From the IMG/VR virus record IMGVR_UViG_3300002835_000006: a stretch of 64,000 bases of DNA; one strand, 5' to 3'. This DNA is from a virus. Its lineage: Duplodnaviria; Caudoviricetes. The first letter of the stretch is position 1. Every line of letters starts with the position of its first letter. A program made the translations under genes and the position numbers. Below are positions 18,996-28,239 of this stretch, piece by piece. Below the pieces are notes generated by a model that was not told the DNA's origin, did not search any database, and saw only the letters and a program-made list of their open reading frames with translations.

Positions 18996-20052
18996 ATAAA
19001 GGTGCCTTGATTGATGGATGAAATTTATAATTTTTCAATTTCAAATCCTCAAATTTAATTTCATCCCAATCTACCAAATATCCATCTTTGAATTTGAAAT
19101 CAAAATCTAAATCTAAGGTAGGTAAATTGAACGGTTCACGTTCAATTTGTTCTTTGGCTTGTTCGATGTGGTCAAGGTATAAATGTGTGTCACCCAAATT
19201 ACCAATAAGTTGGTCAGGTATCATGTTTGTTAATTTGCCGAGCAACATAAGTAAAAGTCCATATGATGCGATATTGAAGGGCAACCCAAGAAATGTATCC
19301 ACAGAACGTTGGTTCCACATAAGAGAAATTGCTCTTTTTGGAGTTTTGTCGTAATAATCATTCTCGAAATCAGGAACTACGTTTTCATCATACTCCATAC
19401 CGGTTTCGTAGTTTTTATTGAACCAAAGTCTATACCTTTCAGAGTAAGAAAGTTCTCTTGTATAAACTTGAAACCCATAGTGACAAGGGGGTAAAACCAT
19501 TTCATCAAGTTCAGCAACATTCCATGCATTTACCATGAGTCTTCGGCTATCAGGTTCATTCCTAAGTTGGTAAATCAATCTCGAGATTTGGTCATACCAA
19601 ATTGAACCTCTTCTATCTCCATCATTCAAATCCATCCAACCTTGCCAACATCTCCATTGTTTACCATAAATTGGACCTAACTCACCAAACTTTTTGGCAA
19701 AATCAGAATTTTTTTTGATTTCATCAATGAACCATTCTTTTGATGGAATATCCTCATGACCCATGAATACTTTTTGATAATTTTTGTAAGCATCACCATC
19801 CCAAATATGACATCCATTATCAACTAAGAATTTTATATTAGTATCACCTCTTAAAAACCACAATAGTTCAGTGACCATAGTCTTCCAAGCCATCTTTTTC
19901 GTCGTCAGTAAAGGAAATCCTTCACTCATATTGTGACGGATTTGTCGTCCAAAAACTGATAACGTGCCTGTTCCTGTTCTATCTTTTTTTTCCACACCCC
20001 AATGAAGAATGTCTTCAAGTAGTGCTTGATATCTTGCATCTAAATTATTCAT
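18988..20052 (-). CDS. thyA: Thymidylate synthase ThyA
   Basis: DRTGTGT, PLLTTKK, ELLWFLRGDTN, LPPCH, QRSVDTFLGLPFNIASY, GDTHLY. Confidence 0.97.
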   Translation of the reverse strand: MNNLDARYQALLEDILHWGVEKKDRTGTGTLSVFGRQIRHNMSEGFPLLTTKKMAWKTMVTELLWFLRGDTNIKFLVDNGCHIWDGDAYKNYQKVFMGHEDIPSKEWFIDEIKKNSDFAKKFGELGPIYGKQWRCWQGWMDLNDGDRRGSIWYDQISRLIYQLRNEPDSRRLMVNAWNVAELDEMVLPPCHYGFQVYTRELSYSERYRLWFNKNYETGMEYDENVVPDFENDYYDKTPKRAISLMWNQRSVDTFLGLPFNIASYGLLLMLLGKLTNMIPDQLIGNLGDTHLYLDHIEQAKEQIEREPFNLPTLDLDFDFKFKDGYLVDWDEIKFEDLKLKNYKFHPSIKAPLSN

Positions 20053-20260
20053 AGTTTCTCTTAGTAAAAAATCCTGAATGTAGTTTTGCGTTATTTAAAG
20101 CGAGTTGAACAGCATTCAATTTATCCATCTGAGGATTTAATCTCATGAGATTTTCAACGGAATGTAGAACGTGGTCTTTAACCTTTAGTTTTTCGGCTTC
20201 TTTGAGTAAGCTTTCAATTAGTTCATCATTTTTCATAAAAAAAACAAATTCATTTTTCAA
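20045..20260 (-). CDS. Hypothetical protein
   Basis: Short ORF coupled to thyA. Confidence 0.6.
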   Translation of the reverse strand: MKNEFVFFMKNDELIESLLKEAEKLKVKDHVLHSVENLMRLNPQMDKLNAVQLALNNAKLHSGFFTKRNYE

Positions 20261-20459
20261 TCAACATGATTGTATTTTGGATAGGAAATCTTGCAACAGG
20301 TAGTCTACTTGATTCTTCATTTGTGGTTTCTTTCATTACCTCGTAGAACCCCTCTTCTTTCACTTTGACAGTTGGAACATTAGAACAGGAAAAAATGATT
20401 TTTGTGTTTTCGGTAACCTGTACGGTTTTGGTTGTTGTGTTAAATAATAATGTAAGCAT
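20250..20459 (-). CDS. Hypothetical protein
   Basis: Start moved to ATG 20459 (MLTLLFNTTTKTV). Confidence 0.6.
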   Translation of the reverse strand: MLTLLFNTTTKTVQVTENTKIIFSCSNVPTVKVKEEGFYEVMKETTNEESSRLPVARFPIQNTIMLIEK

Positions 20460-20634
20460 TTGATTATGTTTTAAAAATGGAAACAAGCGGATTTAAATAA
20501 GGCTACAAGCAAATTACCAAGTTACTAACAGAAATTTGAATCACACTTGTTTCCAAAAACAAAATTACAACAATTTTTATTTCTAGTCAAATATAAAAAA
20601 AGATATTTTCAAAGATATTTATAAAGAAAAAATT

Positions 20635-22362
20635 ATGAATCCTTGGTTTTTACAACAAGTTTCTAACGAAGAAAAAGAAAATATTTTATCAAAACATAAA
20701 GAGCTCTATAATGGTTATCAAACGATGCAACCCAAAGTATCGAATGAACAACCACTTTATGTTCAAGATTTTGCAAAAGATAAGTTGGGTGCTACTTTGA
20801 CAAATGATGGTAAACTTGTTGGATACACTAATAAGATTTATGAGCAGTTTGACCAACATATGACTGAAGAAAAGACTATGTGTTCCGAATGTGGTTCAGA
20901 AATGAGAGAAGGAGAATGTTCAGAGTGTGGTTACAGAATGGAAGAAATCGATGAAAATCAAATAGTTGTTAAAGGGATTTGTGACAATTGTGGAGGATTT
21001 TTAGAAGGGGGTGAATGTCCTGAATGTGGACATAAATTGGAAGGTGAAATGGAAGAGGAAACTGATACAAAGGAAAGAAAAAAATCTAGATTTGAAAAAT
21101 GGATGGAGAGTGATGAAGATACAAAGTTGGAAAGGGCTTTGAAAAAATTCGGAGACTTTTTAATGGATTTGGAAGATGAAATAGACGGTAGAAAAAAAGA
21201 AAAAGAAGAAACTAATGAAGGAATTTTTGATATACCAGACATTAAAAAGGTTTTCAAAAAAAGAGAGGTTAAAGATAGGAGACCTTACGAACCTGAAGCA
21301 ATTGAAAAAATAATCAGGCTAATACAAGACGCAAGAAATGAACAACATTTGGATTCTGCGATGAGAATGTTTAGAACCTTGGAGGACATGAACCCCGAAA
21401 TGCACGAAATTTATAAAATGAGGGTCCTAAATGCATTCAAGAGAAGGGCTGATGAATTGGATTATTATTTGAAGAAGAAAAATATTGGTGAAGGTAAGGG
21501 TAAACTCAGTGACATCTATAGTGTAAAAGATTTAGACTTAAAAGGGGAGTTTGATTATGTGGAAGGTGGTGATAACTACGACAATTCATTTGAGAAAGAC
21601 CATCACATGAAAAAAATCATGAGTAAGGAAAATGCAACCTCTAATGCTCCTATGGGAAAACACTACGATGAAATAGAAGAACCTTATAATTTTAAATCAG
21701 GCGGACCTGTTGGTGACGGAGGGACTTTGAGACAAAAACCAATATCTAGTATAAAATCGGCTGCAATTGGACTTAAAGAAGGTGGTTTCACGGGAGGTGG
21801 AAATGCTCCCGATATGGATTTGAGTAACGTGGACCCAGCTTTCAATTTCGATTCAGAAGGACCCGTTGATGATACATTCACAATTCCGGCTGATGATATG
21901 GATTTAGATGAGAAAGACGTAAAAAAACCATATAAATTTGTATCAGGTGGAGGTAACGAAAATGGTGGGGATGTTTACCCTGTGTATGAGGATATGTCCT
22001 CTGCTTGGGATGAAGAACTTGAAGAAGTTGATATTTCAGGGGCTCAAGCATCACAAACTTCAGCAAAAAAACCATATGCGTTTGTTAGCACAGGTCCAGG
22101 TAAAGCGGGTCCATATCAAACTCATAGTTGGGGTGGTGAACTGCTCGGTGGGTATGAAGGAGAGAATGAAGATGCTTATTGGGATTTAGAACCAAATGAG
22201 TTAGACCCTGATAAAATAGACAGAGAAGCCTCTTGGGAAGATATAACATCTATGACAGGTGAGGATGAATTTTCAAATCTGAGTGAAGATATCGTTGAAA
22301 ACATTGTGGTTCAGAAGAACAAAATCAACGAGATGATGGAACGAATGAAAAAATTTAATTGA
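20635..22362 (+). CDS. Acidic protein with CxxC zinc ribbons and internal PY/F-x-F-x-S-x-G repeats (putative virion protein)
   Basis: CSECG x2, CDNCG, CPECG; EPYNFKSGGP, PAFNFDSEGP, KPYKFVSGG, KPYAFVSTGP. Confidence 0.75.
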   Translation: MNPWFLQQVSNEEKENILSKHKELYNGYQTMQPKVSNEQPLYVQDFAKDKLGATLTNDGKLVGYTNKIYEQFDQHMTEEKTMCSECGSEMREGECSECGYRMEEIDENQIVVKGICDNCGGFLEGGECPECGHKLEGEMEEETDTKERKKSRFEKWMESDEDTKLERALKKFGDFLMDLEDEIDGRKKEKEETNEGIFDIPDIKKVFKKREVKDRRPYEPEAIEKIIRLIQDARNEQHLDSAMRMFRTLEDMNPEMHEIYKMRVLNAFKRRADELDYYLKKKNIGEGKGKLSDIYSVKDLDLKGEFDYVEGGDNYDNSFEKDHHMKKIMSKENATSNAPMGKHYDEIEEPYNFKSGGPVGDGGTLRQKPISSIKSAAIGLKEGGFTGGGNAPDMDLSNVDPAFNFDSEGPVDDTFTIPADDMDLDEKDVKKPYKFVSGGGNENGGDVYPVYEDMSSAWDEELEEVDISGAQASQTSAKKPYAFVSTGPGKAGPYQTHSWGGELLGGYEGENEDAYWDLEPNELDPDKIDREASWEDITSMTGEDEFSNLSEDIVENIVVQKNKINEMMERMKKFN

Positions 22363-22367
22363 TAAAT

Positions 22368-22392
22368 AAACCCCTCTTATGAGGGGTTTTTT
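22368..22392 (+). terminator. Rho-independent terminator
   Basis: AAACCCCTC-TTAT-GAGGGGTTTTTT. Confidence 0.8.
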
Positions 22393-23531
22393 AATAAGTC
22401 ATAAATTCGATTATTTTTTATATCAAACCAAGTGAGTTTGGTTGATGTATCTTTGTGAAGAATTTCATCAAAAATACAAAATTCGAAAATATCTTGATTT
22501 AGGCAATTTAATTTCGTTAGAATATTTTTTATTTCATTCAGTCCGAATTCTAATTCAAATTTCAATGACTCGTAAAATTTCTTTTCAGGTATATAAATGT
22601 TAAAATTAGTTAGGTTATTTGGTAAAATAACTTTATGAGGGTAATCATAAGATTTGGTAAAATTAAAGTTCAGAACCAAGTCATATTCCGAAAAATTCGA
22701 CACATCTAAAAAATTCTGATTGTAATTTAATATGACTAAATTTTTTTTTGATTCAATTGGTTCAAAAAAATTATTTTGAATCATCATTATGTTCTTAGGT
22801 AATGTGCCCTCGTAGTTTTTAAAAAAGGGATGAGTATCATCCCAATACCTCAAAGTTTTTCTGAAATTATTTATATCCTCCAAGGTTATTTCCTTTTTTT
22901 CAATCAACTTAGTTTTTTTAATAATTGATTTTTCGTCACCGAATTTTGAAAAATGAAATCCCCCTTCAATTATTCTATAATGTATAGAGTAAACTACGTT
23001 TTTGTTGAAATAAAGATTTTCTATAATCTTATCGTCTCTAAGTAATTGTGAAAAGGTGAAACAAAATGTTCCCAAATGGTTTTCATTGTTTACATACTCA
23101 GTAGAACAAATGAAGTTTTTCTGTAAAAATGCAATTGGTTCAAAAGTTAAAATTTTATCAAAATCGTTCAAATTAAACTTAGGAGGTAATTCATCCACTT
23201 CAGAGAAAAGGATATAATCCTCATAGTCTAAATTCATACTTTTCAATTGATTGGAAATTACTGATTGAATTTTCGGAATTTGAAATTCAATATCAGTATT
23301 TTTGTGATGAGATTCAATGTCACACTTCAAATAAATAATTTTGTCTGACCAATTTTGAAAAAAAATTTGTTTCGTCTGATAGTTGAAATCTTTTTTTTCT
23401 CCTTCAAAATCACGGTTAGATTCAACTACTATGAAATAGTCTACAAAATCGTATAACTCCGAAAATCTGAATCTAAGCATGTCAATTTCATCGTATATGA
23501 AACAACAGTCAATAATTGATTTTTTTTTCAA
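22377..23531 (-). CDS. Glycosyltransferase family 17-like protein
   Basis: IIDCCFIYDEIDML.FRF.EL...VDYFIVVES...F.G.KK; SEVDELP; GGFHFS. Confidence 0.7.
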   Translation of the reverse strand: MKKKSIIDCCFIYDEIDMLRFRFSELYDFVDYFIVVESNRDFEGEKKDFNYQTKQIFFQNWSDKIIYLKCDIESHHKNTDIEFQIPKIQSVISNQLKSMNLDYEDYILFSEVDELPPKFNLNDFDKILTFEPIAFLQKNFICSTEYVNNENHLGTFCFTFSQLLRDDKIIENLYFNKNVVYSIHYRIIEGGFHFSKFGDEKSIIKKTKLIEKKEITLEDINNFRKTLRYWDDTHPFFKNYEGTLPKNIMMIQNNFFEPIESKKNLVILNYNQNFLDVSNFSEYDLVLNFNFTKSYDYPHKVILPNNLTNFNIYIPEKKFYESLKFELEFGLNEIKNILTKLNCLNQDIFEFCIFDEILHKDTSTKLTWFDIKNNRIYDLLKNPS

Positions 23532-23599
23532 TATAAAAAAATATTAGATTGAGTTTATTGATAAAAGTATCTATTTTTAATATACAAAAATTTATAAAA

Positions 23600-24193
23600 A
23601 TGTCATCAAACTATTTTTTAGCCGACCAAAGAAATAATACCAATCATTTGAATTACTATTATTTCACAGACGGATTTACTCCTGAAGAAATAATTGAAAT
23701 AAGAAAAATTGGAGATAACGCTCCCAAAGAAAAAGGTACAACCGTATCTGACGATAAGAATATAGTAAACGAATATAGAATTAGCGATATATCTTGGCTC
23801 GGAGATAATTCAGAAACAAGTTGGATTTATAAAAAAATCTCTGATTTAGCTAAAATTGCAAACAGAGAAATGTGGAATTTCGATATTTGGGGTTATCATG
23901 ATAGTTTACAGTATACAATTTATTATGGTGATGGTGGACATTATGATTGGCATGCAGACTTAGGCCCAGGTATTTCTAACAGAAAACTTTCTGTGGTGCT
24001 TCAACTATCAGACCCAAGCGAATATGAAGGTGGTGAATTGGAAATGAACCCGGGCGGAAATTTATTGACAGTACCGAAAAAATTAGGTTTGATTTGTTTC
24101 TTTCCTTCATTTCTTTTACACAGGGTAAAACCTTTAACCTCTGGTACCAGACGTTCCTTGGTTACATGGTTGTGTGGTGCAAATTTCAGATAG
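23600..24193 (+). CDS. 2OG-Fe(II) oxygenase (prolyl-4-hydroxylase/PKHD type)
   Basis: LQYT.Y..GGHYDWHAD, RKLSVVLQLSDP.EYEGGEL, FPSFLLHRVKPLTSGTRRSLVTW. Confidence 0.9.
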   Translation: MSSNYFLADQRNNTNHLNYYYFTDGFTPEEIIEIRKIGDNAPKEKGTTVSDDKNIVNEYRISDISWLGDNSETSWIYKKISDLAKIANREMWNFDIWGYHDSLQYTIYYGDGGHYDWHADLGPGISNRKLSVVLQLSDPSEYEGGELEMNPGGNLLTVPKKLGLICFFPSFLLHRVKPLTSGTRRSLVTWLCGANFR

Positions 24194-24194
24194 A

Positions 24195-24644
24195 ATGATA
24201 AGAGAAAAAGTAACCGTAAAGGATTTTTCCACAATAGCTAAAGAGCACAAACATTATTTGTGGCATTTTGTCCAAAAAAAACAGAACAAAACAAGACTAG
24301 CGTATTATTCTTATTTTGACGAAACAAATCATTCAGGACATCCAAACCCTATGATTCCATTCGTCGATAAGTTAGATTTACCCTACTTTGAATCGTACAC
24401 TGAAGAGAGTATTGATTTTTTAATGGATACAAATATACACGGGGACAAACTTTATCGACCTATTTTTGACCCCGTTGAGTATGTTTATCGTAGACAATTT
24501 TATTCACCCATTTTTTCTTCGTTTAACCATTACAATCGAGTGAGTTGTACTTTAAACTATTGTTATTGCCCTGAGGGTTTCATTCAAGTTATTGCAGATT
24601 TAGATTTGAAGTATGTCTTGGACTTGGAGTTGAAATTAGACTAA
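24195..24644 (+). CDS. Hypothetical protein
   Basis: ORF directly after the oxygenase. Confidence 0.6.
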   Translation: MIREKVTVKDFSTIAKEHKHYLWHFVQKKQNKTRLAYYSYFDETNHSGHPNPMIPFVDKLDLPYFESYTEESIDFLMDTNIHGDKLYRPIFDPVEYVYRRQFYSPIFSSFNHYNRVSCTLNYCYCPEGFIQVIADLDLKYVLDLELKLD

Positions 24645-25222
24645 CGTTCGGTGTTAAAGAAAAACACTTGGAATAATCTACCATCATACATGTCTTTACC
24701 GAAATAATCCAAAGAGACGTGGTAATTGTCGGCTCTGTACATTACACATCTATTGAAAACATTACCTATTCTGTCAACCATTTCCCATTTTGTATAATCT
24801 TGACAATCTGAGCCCGGAGGAGCGGTCTCTTTATAACCAGGTTCATTCTCTCTTTTATAGTCGAAATGTTGCCAACCTGTGGCTTTGTGTCTGAAAATAC
24901 CTGTTCCTGAACTAAGAGGAGCGTCAGGTGTCAAATATATAAGTGCTGCCCAATCTGTTGTTGAATCAGCATGAATCCATGAACGGTCAGCAGCAACTGT
25001 ATATTGGAATGAACCGGTATATTCACCTCCCCACCATACAATATCACCTGCAAAAGGAGAAAGAATCTCTCTGAACTTATTTTTTAAAGGTTCATTCAGA
25101 AAAGAAATTGTTCTTTGACCGGGATAATTTCCTCTAACCTTGAATTCTTGTTTTAGTGCGAAGTCACGAACTTCTTGAGGATTTTCATAGAAGTTATCTA
25201 TTGTTAGTGAATTAAATCTCAT
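24641..25222 (-). CDS. DUF6445-like 2OG-Fe(II)-fold protein
   Basis: IDNFYENP.EVR.FAL...YPG.R; WIHAD...WAALIYL.P; FNR...Y....H; RLFQVFF. Confidence 0.65.
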   Translation of the reverse strand: MRFNSLTIDNFYENPQEVRDFALKQEFKVRGNYPGQRTISFLNEPLKNKFREILSPFAGDIVWWGGEYTGSFQYTVAADRSWIHADSTTDWAALIYLTPDAPLSSGTGIFRHKATGWQHFDYKRENEPGYKETAPPGSDCQDYTKWEMVDRIGNVFNRCVMYRADNYHVSLDYFGKDMYDGRLFQVFFFNTER

Positions 25223-25340
25223 TTGATAAAATTTGTTAAATAAAATATAGGTAGAAACTCGAGAAAAAAAAATATTATTTTTTTTGTGGGATATGATTTT
25301 TACTATCTTTTTAAATATTTGTATATAAATTAGTTGGTAT

Positions 25341-25643
25341 ATGGAAATCAAAGAGATAGTATCATATTTTTTGAATACAGATGCAAATATTTTAGAAGTA
25401 TCTTTCAGAACAATTGAGGATAATGAGGATGTTCTAAGAACCGATAATATTGACTACACTTTCGTGCAAGATTATGGATTTGATTTAGTTACTGAGTCTT
25501 TTGATTTTTTCGATGATGAATTTGAAGACTTGGAAGAAGGAGAATCCGAAAAAATTGAACTAGATGAGGACCAACTTGTTATATTTTTGAACGAATACTA
25601 TACAATAAATCCACAAGATTTACCTAAGGCAGATTTCTACTAA
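25341..25643 (+). CDS. Acidic hypothetical protein
   Basis: 100-aa ORF. Confidence 0.65.
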   Translation: MEIKEIVSYFLNTDANILEVSFRTIEDNEDVLRTDNIDYTFVQDYGFDLVTESFDFFDDEFEDLEEGESEKIELDEDQLVIFLNEYYTINPQDLPKADFY

Positions 25644-26188
25644 GGTCCTACTCTGTTTAAAGAAATTATAAGTCTATAATGCGGACCATCTTTCCCATTT
25701 GGGGCAAAATCTAAACCTGATAACTGTAAGGTTTCAAACAAATCACTATCCACTTGGAATAAAATTCTGTGGTAAGTACCTCTATCTTTTGGTTTATAAT
25801 CAAATTGGATTTTTCCAAGTGTGTAGGCATCGTAACTCCAAGGCACCCTTGAATAAAAAATTTCTTCGGGTTGTTCCCCATATTCCCATCTGTCTCTTTG
25901 TCCATTTTGTATTCTATTATGCCATACCATTTTAATACTTGCGTAATCAAAATGTAAATAAAAATTATCTATTATAATTGAATCAAATGGGTCTGGTAAA
26001 CTTGTATTGTGGAAAAGTTGGCCGGAAAGATAGGTGGTGTCTTTGGTGTTTGGTTGGGAGGTTTGAATTACGGTAAGTTTTGACACAACGTATTTACCAC
26101 TTAGAGTAAGTGTACTAATATTTGTTACATACTTCTCACAGGAAGTGAAACTTACTAAAAAAAATAGTATTAGTATTCTCAAAATCAT
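25640..26188 (-). CDS. Putative lipoprotein
   Basis: Lipoprotein-type signal MILRILILFFLVSFTS-C. Confidence 0.7.
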   Translation of the reverse strand: MILRILILFFLVSFTSCEKYVTNISTLTLSGKYVVSKLTVIQTSQPNTKDTTYLSGQLFHNTSLPDPFDSIIIDNFYLHFDYASIKMVWHNRIQNGQRDRWEYGEQPEEIFYSRVPWSYDAYTLGKIQFDYKPKDRGTYHRILFQVDSDLFETLQLSGLDFAPNGKDGPHYRLIISLNRVGP

Positions 26189-26236
26189 CCTATAAATATA
26201 GAAATCAAATTTGATGAAATCAAAGTATTTATTTTA

Positions 26237-26500
26237 ATGAATTTAGACGTAGAAAACCTGATAAAATTTTTCGAAAAACACACAGTAAATTCCTCAAAAC
26301 GAGAGATGGGTGAACAAGAAGCTGGTGGTGGAGCGGGAGGTGCTGGTGGTGGAAAAGGTAATAATCCTTCCAAATGGGCAGACACTGTTGGTGGTCCAAA
26401 AAGGGGGGTTGCAAATAGTTTACCTAAGAAAGGTCAGTTTTGGGCTCAAATTCATGGAGGACCTGCCAGGGGGGTTGCAAATAAATTGGGAACCGCATGA
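26237..26500 (+). CDS. Gly-rich small protein with a duplicated GGP.RGVAN.L motif
   Basis: VGGPKRGVANSL / HGGPARGVANKL. Confidence 0.7.
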   Translation: MNLDVENLIKFFEKHTVNSSKREMGEQEAGGGAGGAGGGKGNNPSKWADTVGGPKRGVANSLPKKGQFWAQIHGGPARGVANKLGTA

Positions 26501-28239
26501 AAAACAAAAATATTTCTCCTAAAGATAGTTTGAAATCAATTCTTCTGAGGATGAATTATGATTCAAAAAAAACCTTGGCAGAAAATTTGAAATTTTTGAG
26601 TGAGCAAGCTGGAGGTGCTTGGGCGGGTACCCCTGGTGCACCTACCCCATTTATGACAAATGATGTGAATGATGTAAAAAAAGTTTATCCTCAGGATTGT
26701 GCCTTCCCTGATAAGGCTGTTCTACCGGGTACTAATAAGTACGGTTTGAAAGGTCTTGATGCCATACCTAAAAATTTCTGTGCTTATCAGAGACCGTCTA
26801 TAAATTGTGATATAGACAAGGACGTAGATAATCAAGCTACTTGGATTTTACTACCCGATTCGAGTAAAAACATTTCTTTTTTTACCACTTATGAAGATTA
26901 TGCGAGTTCTGTTGATTTGTATTTAGATGAATTATCACCTGAATCAAAAAACAAAATAAATAGGGACACCCTGATAGAAAAGTTCCAAAAAATCATACCT
27001 CCCAATTCGGTTAAACAATTCAAACTTAAAAGTGTAACCAAAGATGGGGATATAGTTGAAAAAACTTATTTACCTTACGTTTGTTATAGTGTACTTCTTG
27101 AGAAAGACCTGCCGAGTTTTATCGGTTTCAAAGGGTTTTTCGACGAACAGAATCAGCCCTTTGTTTATGCTGAAAAAAGAGATACAAGAACTGAAACAGA
27201 AAAAATTTTAGATGAATGGGAGGGAGCAATTTATTTTGCACAATTCTTGGTTGCCGTAGTGGCCACCGCTGCGTGTAATGGTTGTGCAGCTTCTATTTGG
27301 ATTGATTTGATTGTTTCCCTCGGTGTAGGTGCTGCTTATACCACGAGAAATTTTGAGAAAGGAGAAGAAGTTGATGCCGTATTGGCCGCGTTTTTCGCTG
27401 TTTTGCCTGGATTATATTTTTTCAAGGGATTAAAAGGGGTCACACCAAAAATTGCAAAGGAGTTAGAGACAAAATTTGCTAGGTCTGGTTTAACCGCTCA
27501 ATCTTCAGTCGCTCAATATAAAAATTTTACGAAAAGTTTATCCCCCGAAGCTCAAAAAGTTTTAAATAATCTTTTTAGAAATGACCAAGTTTTATTCAAA
27601 GAACTTATAAAAAAAGGAAGTGGTGGAGGTAAAGATATTGTCAAAGCAATAAACGCCAAGTTTGCCGACATGTTTGTTAGATATCCAAAATTGATAAAGG
27701 AAATCCCTGTAAGGGACAGAATTTGGTATAAAACTATGTTTTTACCTGCAGCGACCGCTTTTATTGCCGCTGCGGGGGTGAATTATAAATGGGGGTCTCA
27801 GTTGAACACAGTAGATAGTGAAAAACTTACTGATGAAGAAAAAGATAAATTAGATGGAATTTGGGAATTCATTCCTGAGGAATTGAAACAAGAAATGGTG
27901 GTGAATTTCTTTAACAAACCTGAAAATATATCACAAGTAATCAACGACCCGCAATGGAAAGGAACCGAACAAGAAATTAACGCAAACGCAAAGAAAAATT
28001 TACCTGAAGCTCTCAACTTACTTTTTGTCAAAAACAAAGTCAGAGAAATTTTTGAAAAAAACGGGTATAAGTATGAAGATTTCATGACATTAGACCAAGA
28101 AATCAAATTGTCGAAGTCTGAACTAGAGGTTTTGAAAAAAGAAGGTTGGGTTATGGCGGACGAATGGGACGATGAATCACAGGTGGACATGACACTATTT
28201 ATAAATGGTGACTTATATTATAAAATAAAGAAAAAATGA
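26497..28239 (+). CDS. Large putative virion/ejection protein with hydrophobic segments
   Basis: 580 aa; FLVAVVATAAC...LIVSLGVGAAY and AVLAAFFAVLPGLYFF. Confidence 0.65.
   Translation: MKNKNISPKDSLKSILLRMNYDSKKTLAENLKFLSEQAGGAWAGTPGAPTPFMTNDVNDVKKVYPQDCAFPDKAVLPGTNKYGLKGLDAIPKNFCAYQRPSINCDIDKDVDNQATWILLPDSSKNISFFTTYEDYASSVDLYLDELSPESKNKINRDTLIEKFQKIIPPNSVKQFKLKSVTKDGDIVEKTYLPYVCYSVLLEKDLPSFIGFKGFFDEQNQPFVYAEKRDTRTETEKILDEWEGAIYFAQFLVAVVATAACNGCAASIWIDLIVSLGVGAAYTTRNFEKGEEVDAVLAAFFAVLPGLYFFKGLKGVTPKIAKELETKFARSGLTAQSSVAQYKNFTKSLSPEAQKVLNNLFRNDQVLFKELIKKGSGGGKDIVKAINAKFADMFVRYPKLIKEIPVRDRIWYKTMFLPAATAFIAAAGVNYKWGSQLNTVDSEKLTDEEKDKLDGIWEFIPEELKQEMVVNFFNKPENISQVINDPQWKGTEQEINANAKKNLPEALNLLFVKNKVREIFEKNGYKYEDFMTLDQEIKLSKSELEVLKKEGWVMADEWDDESQVDMTLFINGDLYYKIKKK

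Noticed and set aside
18988-20052. Intron or intein in thyA (longer than E. coli ThyA)
   Set aside because: The frame is continuous and the two insertions are short in-frame loops without intein or group I features
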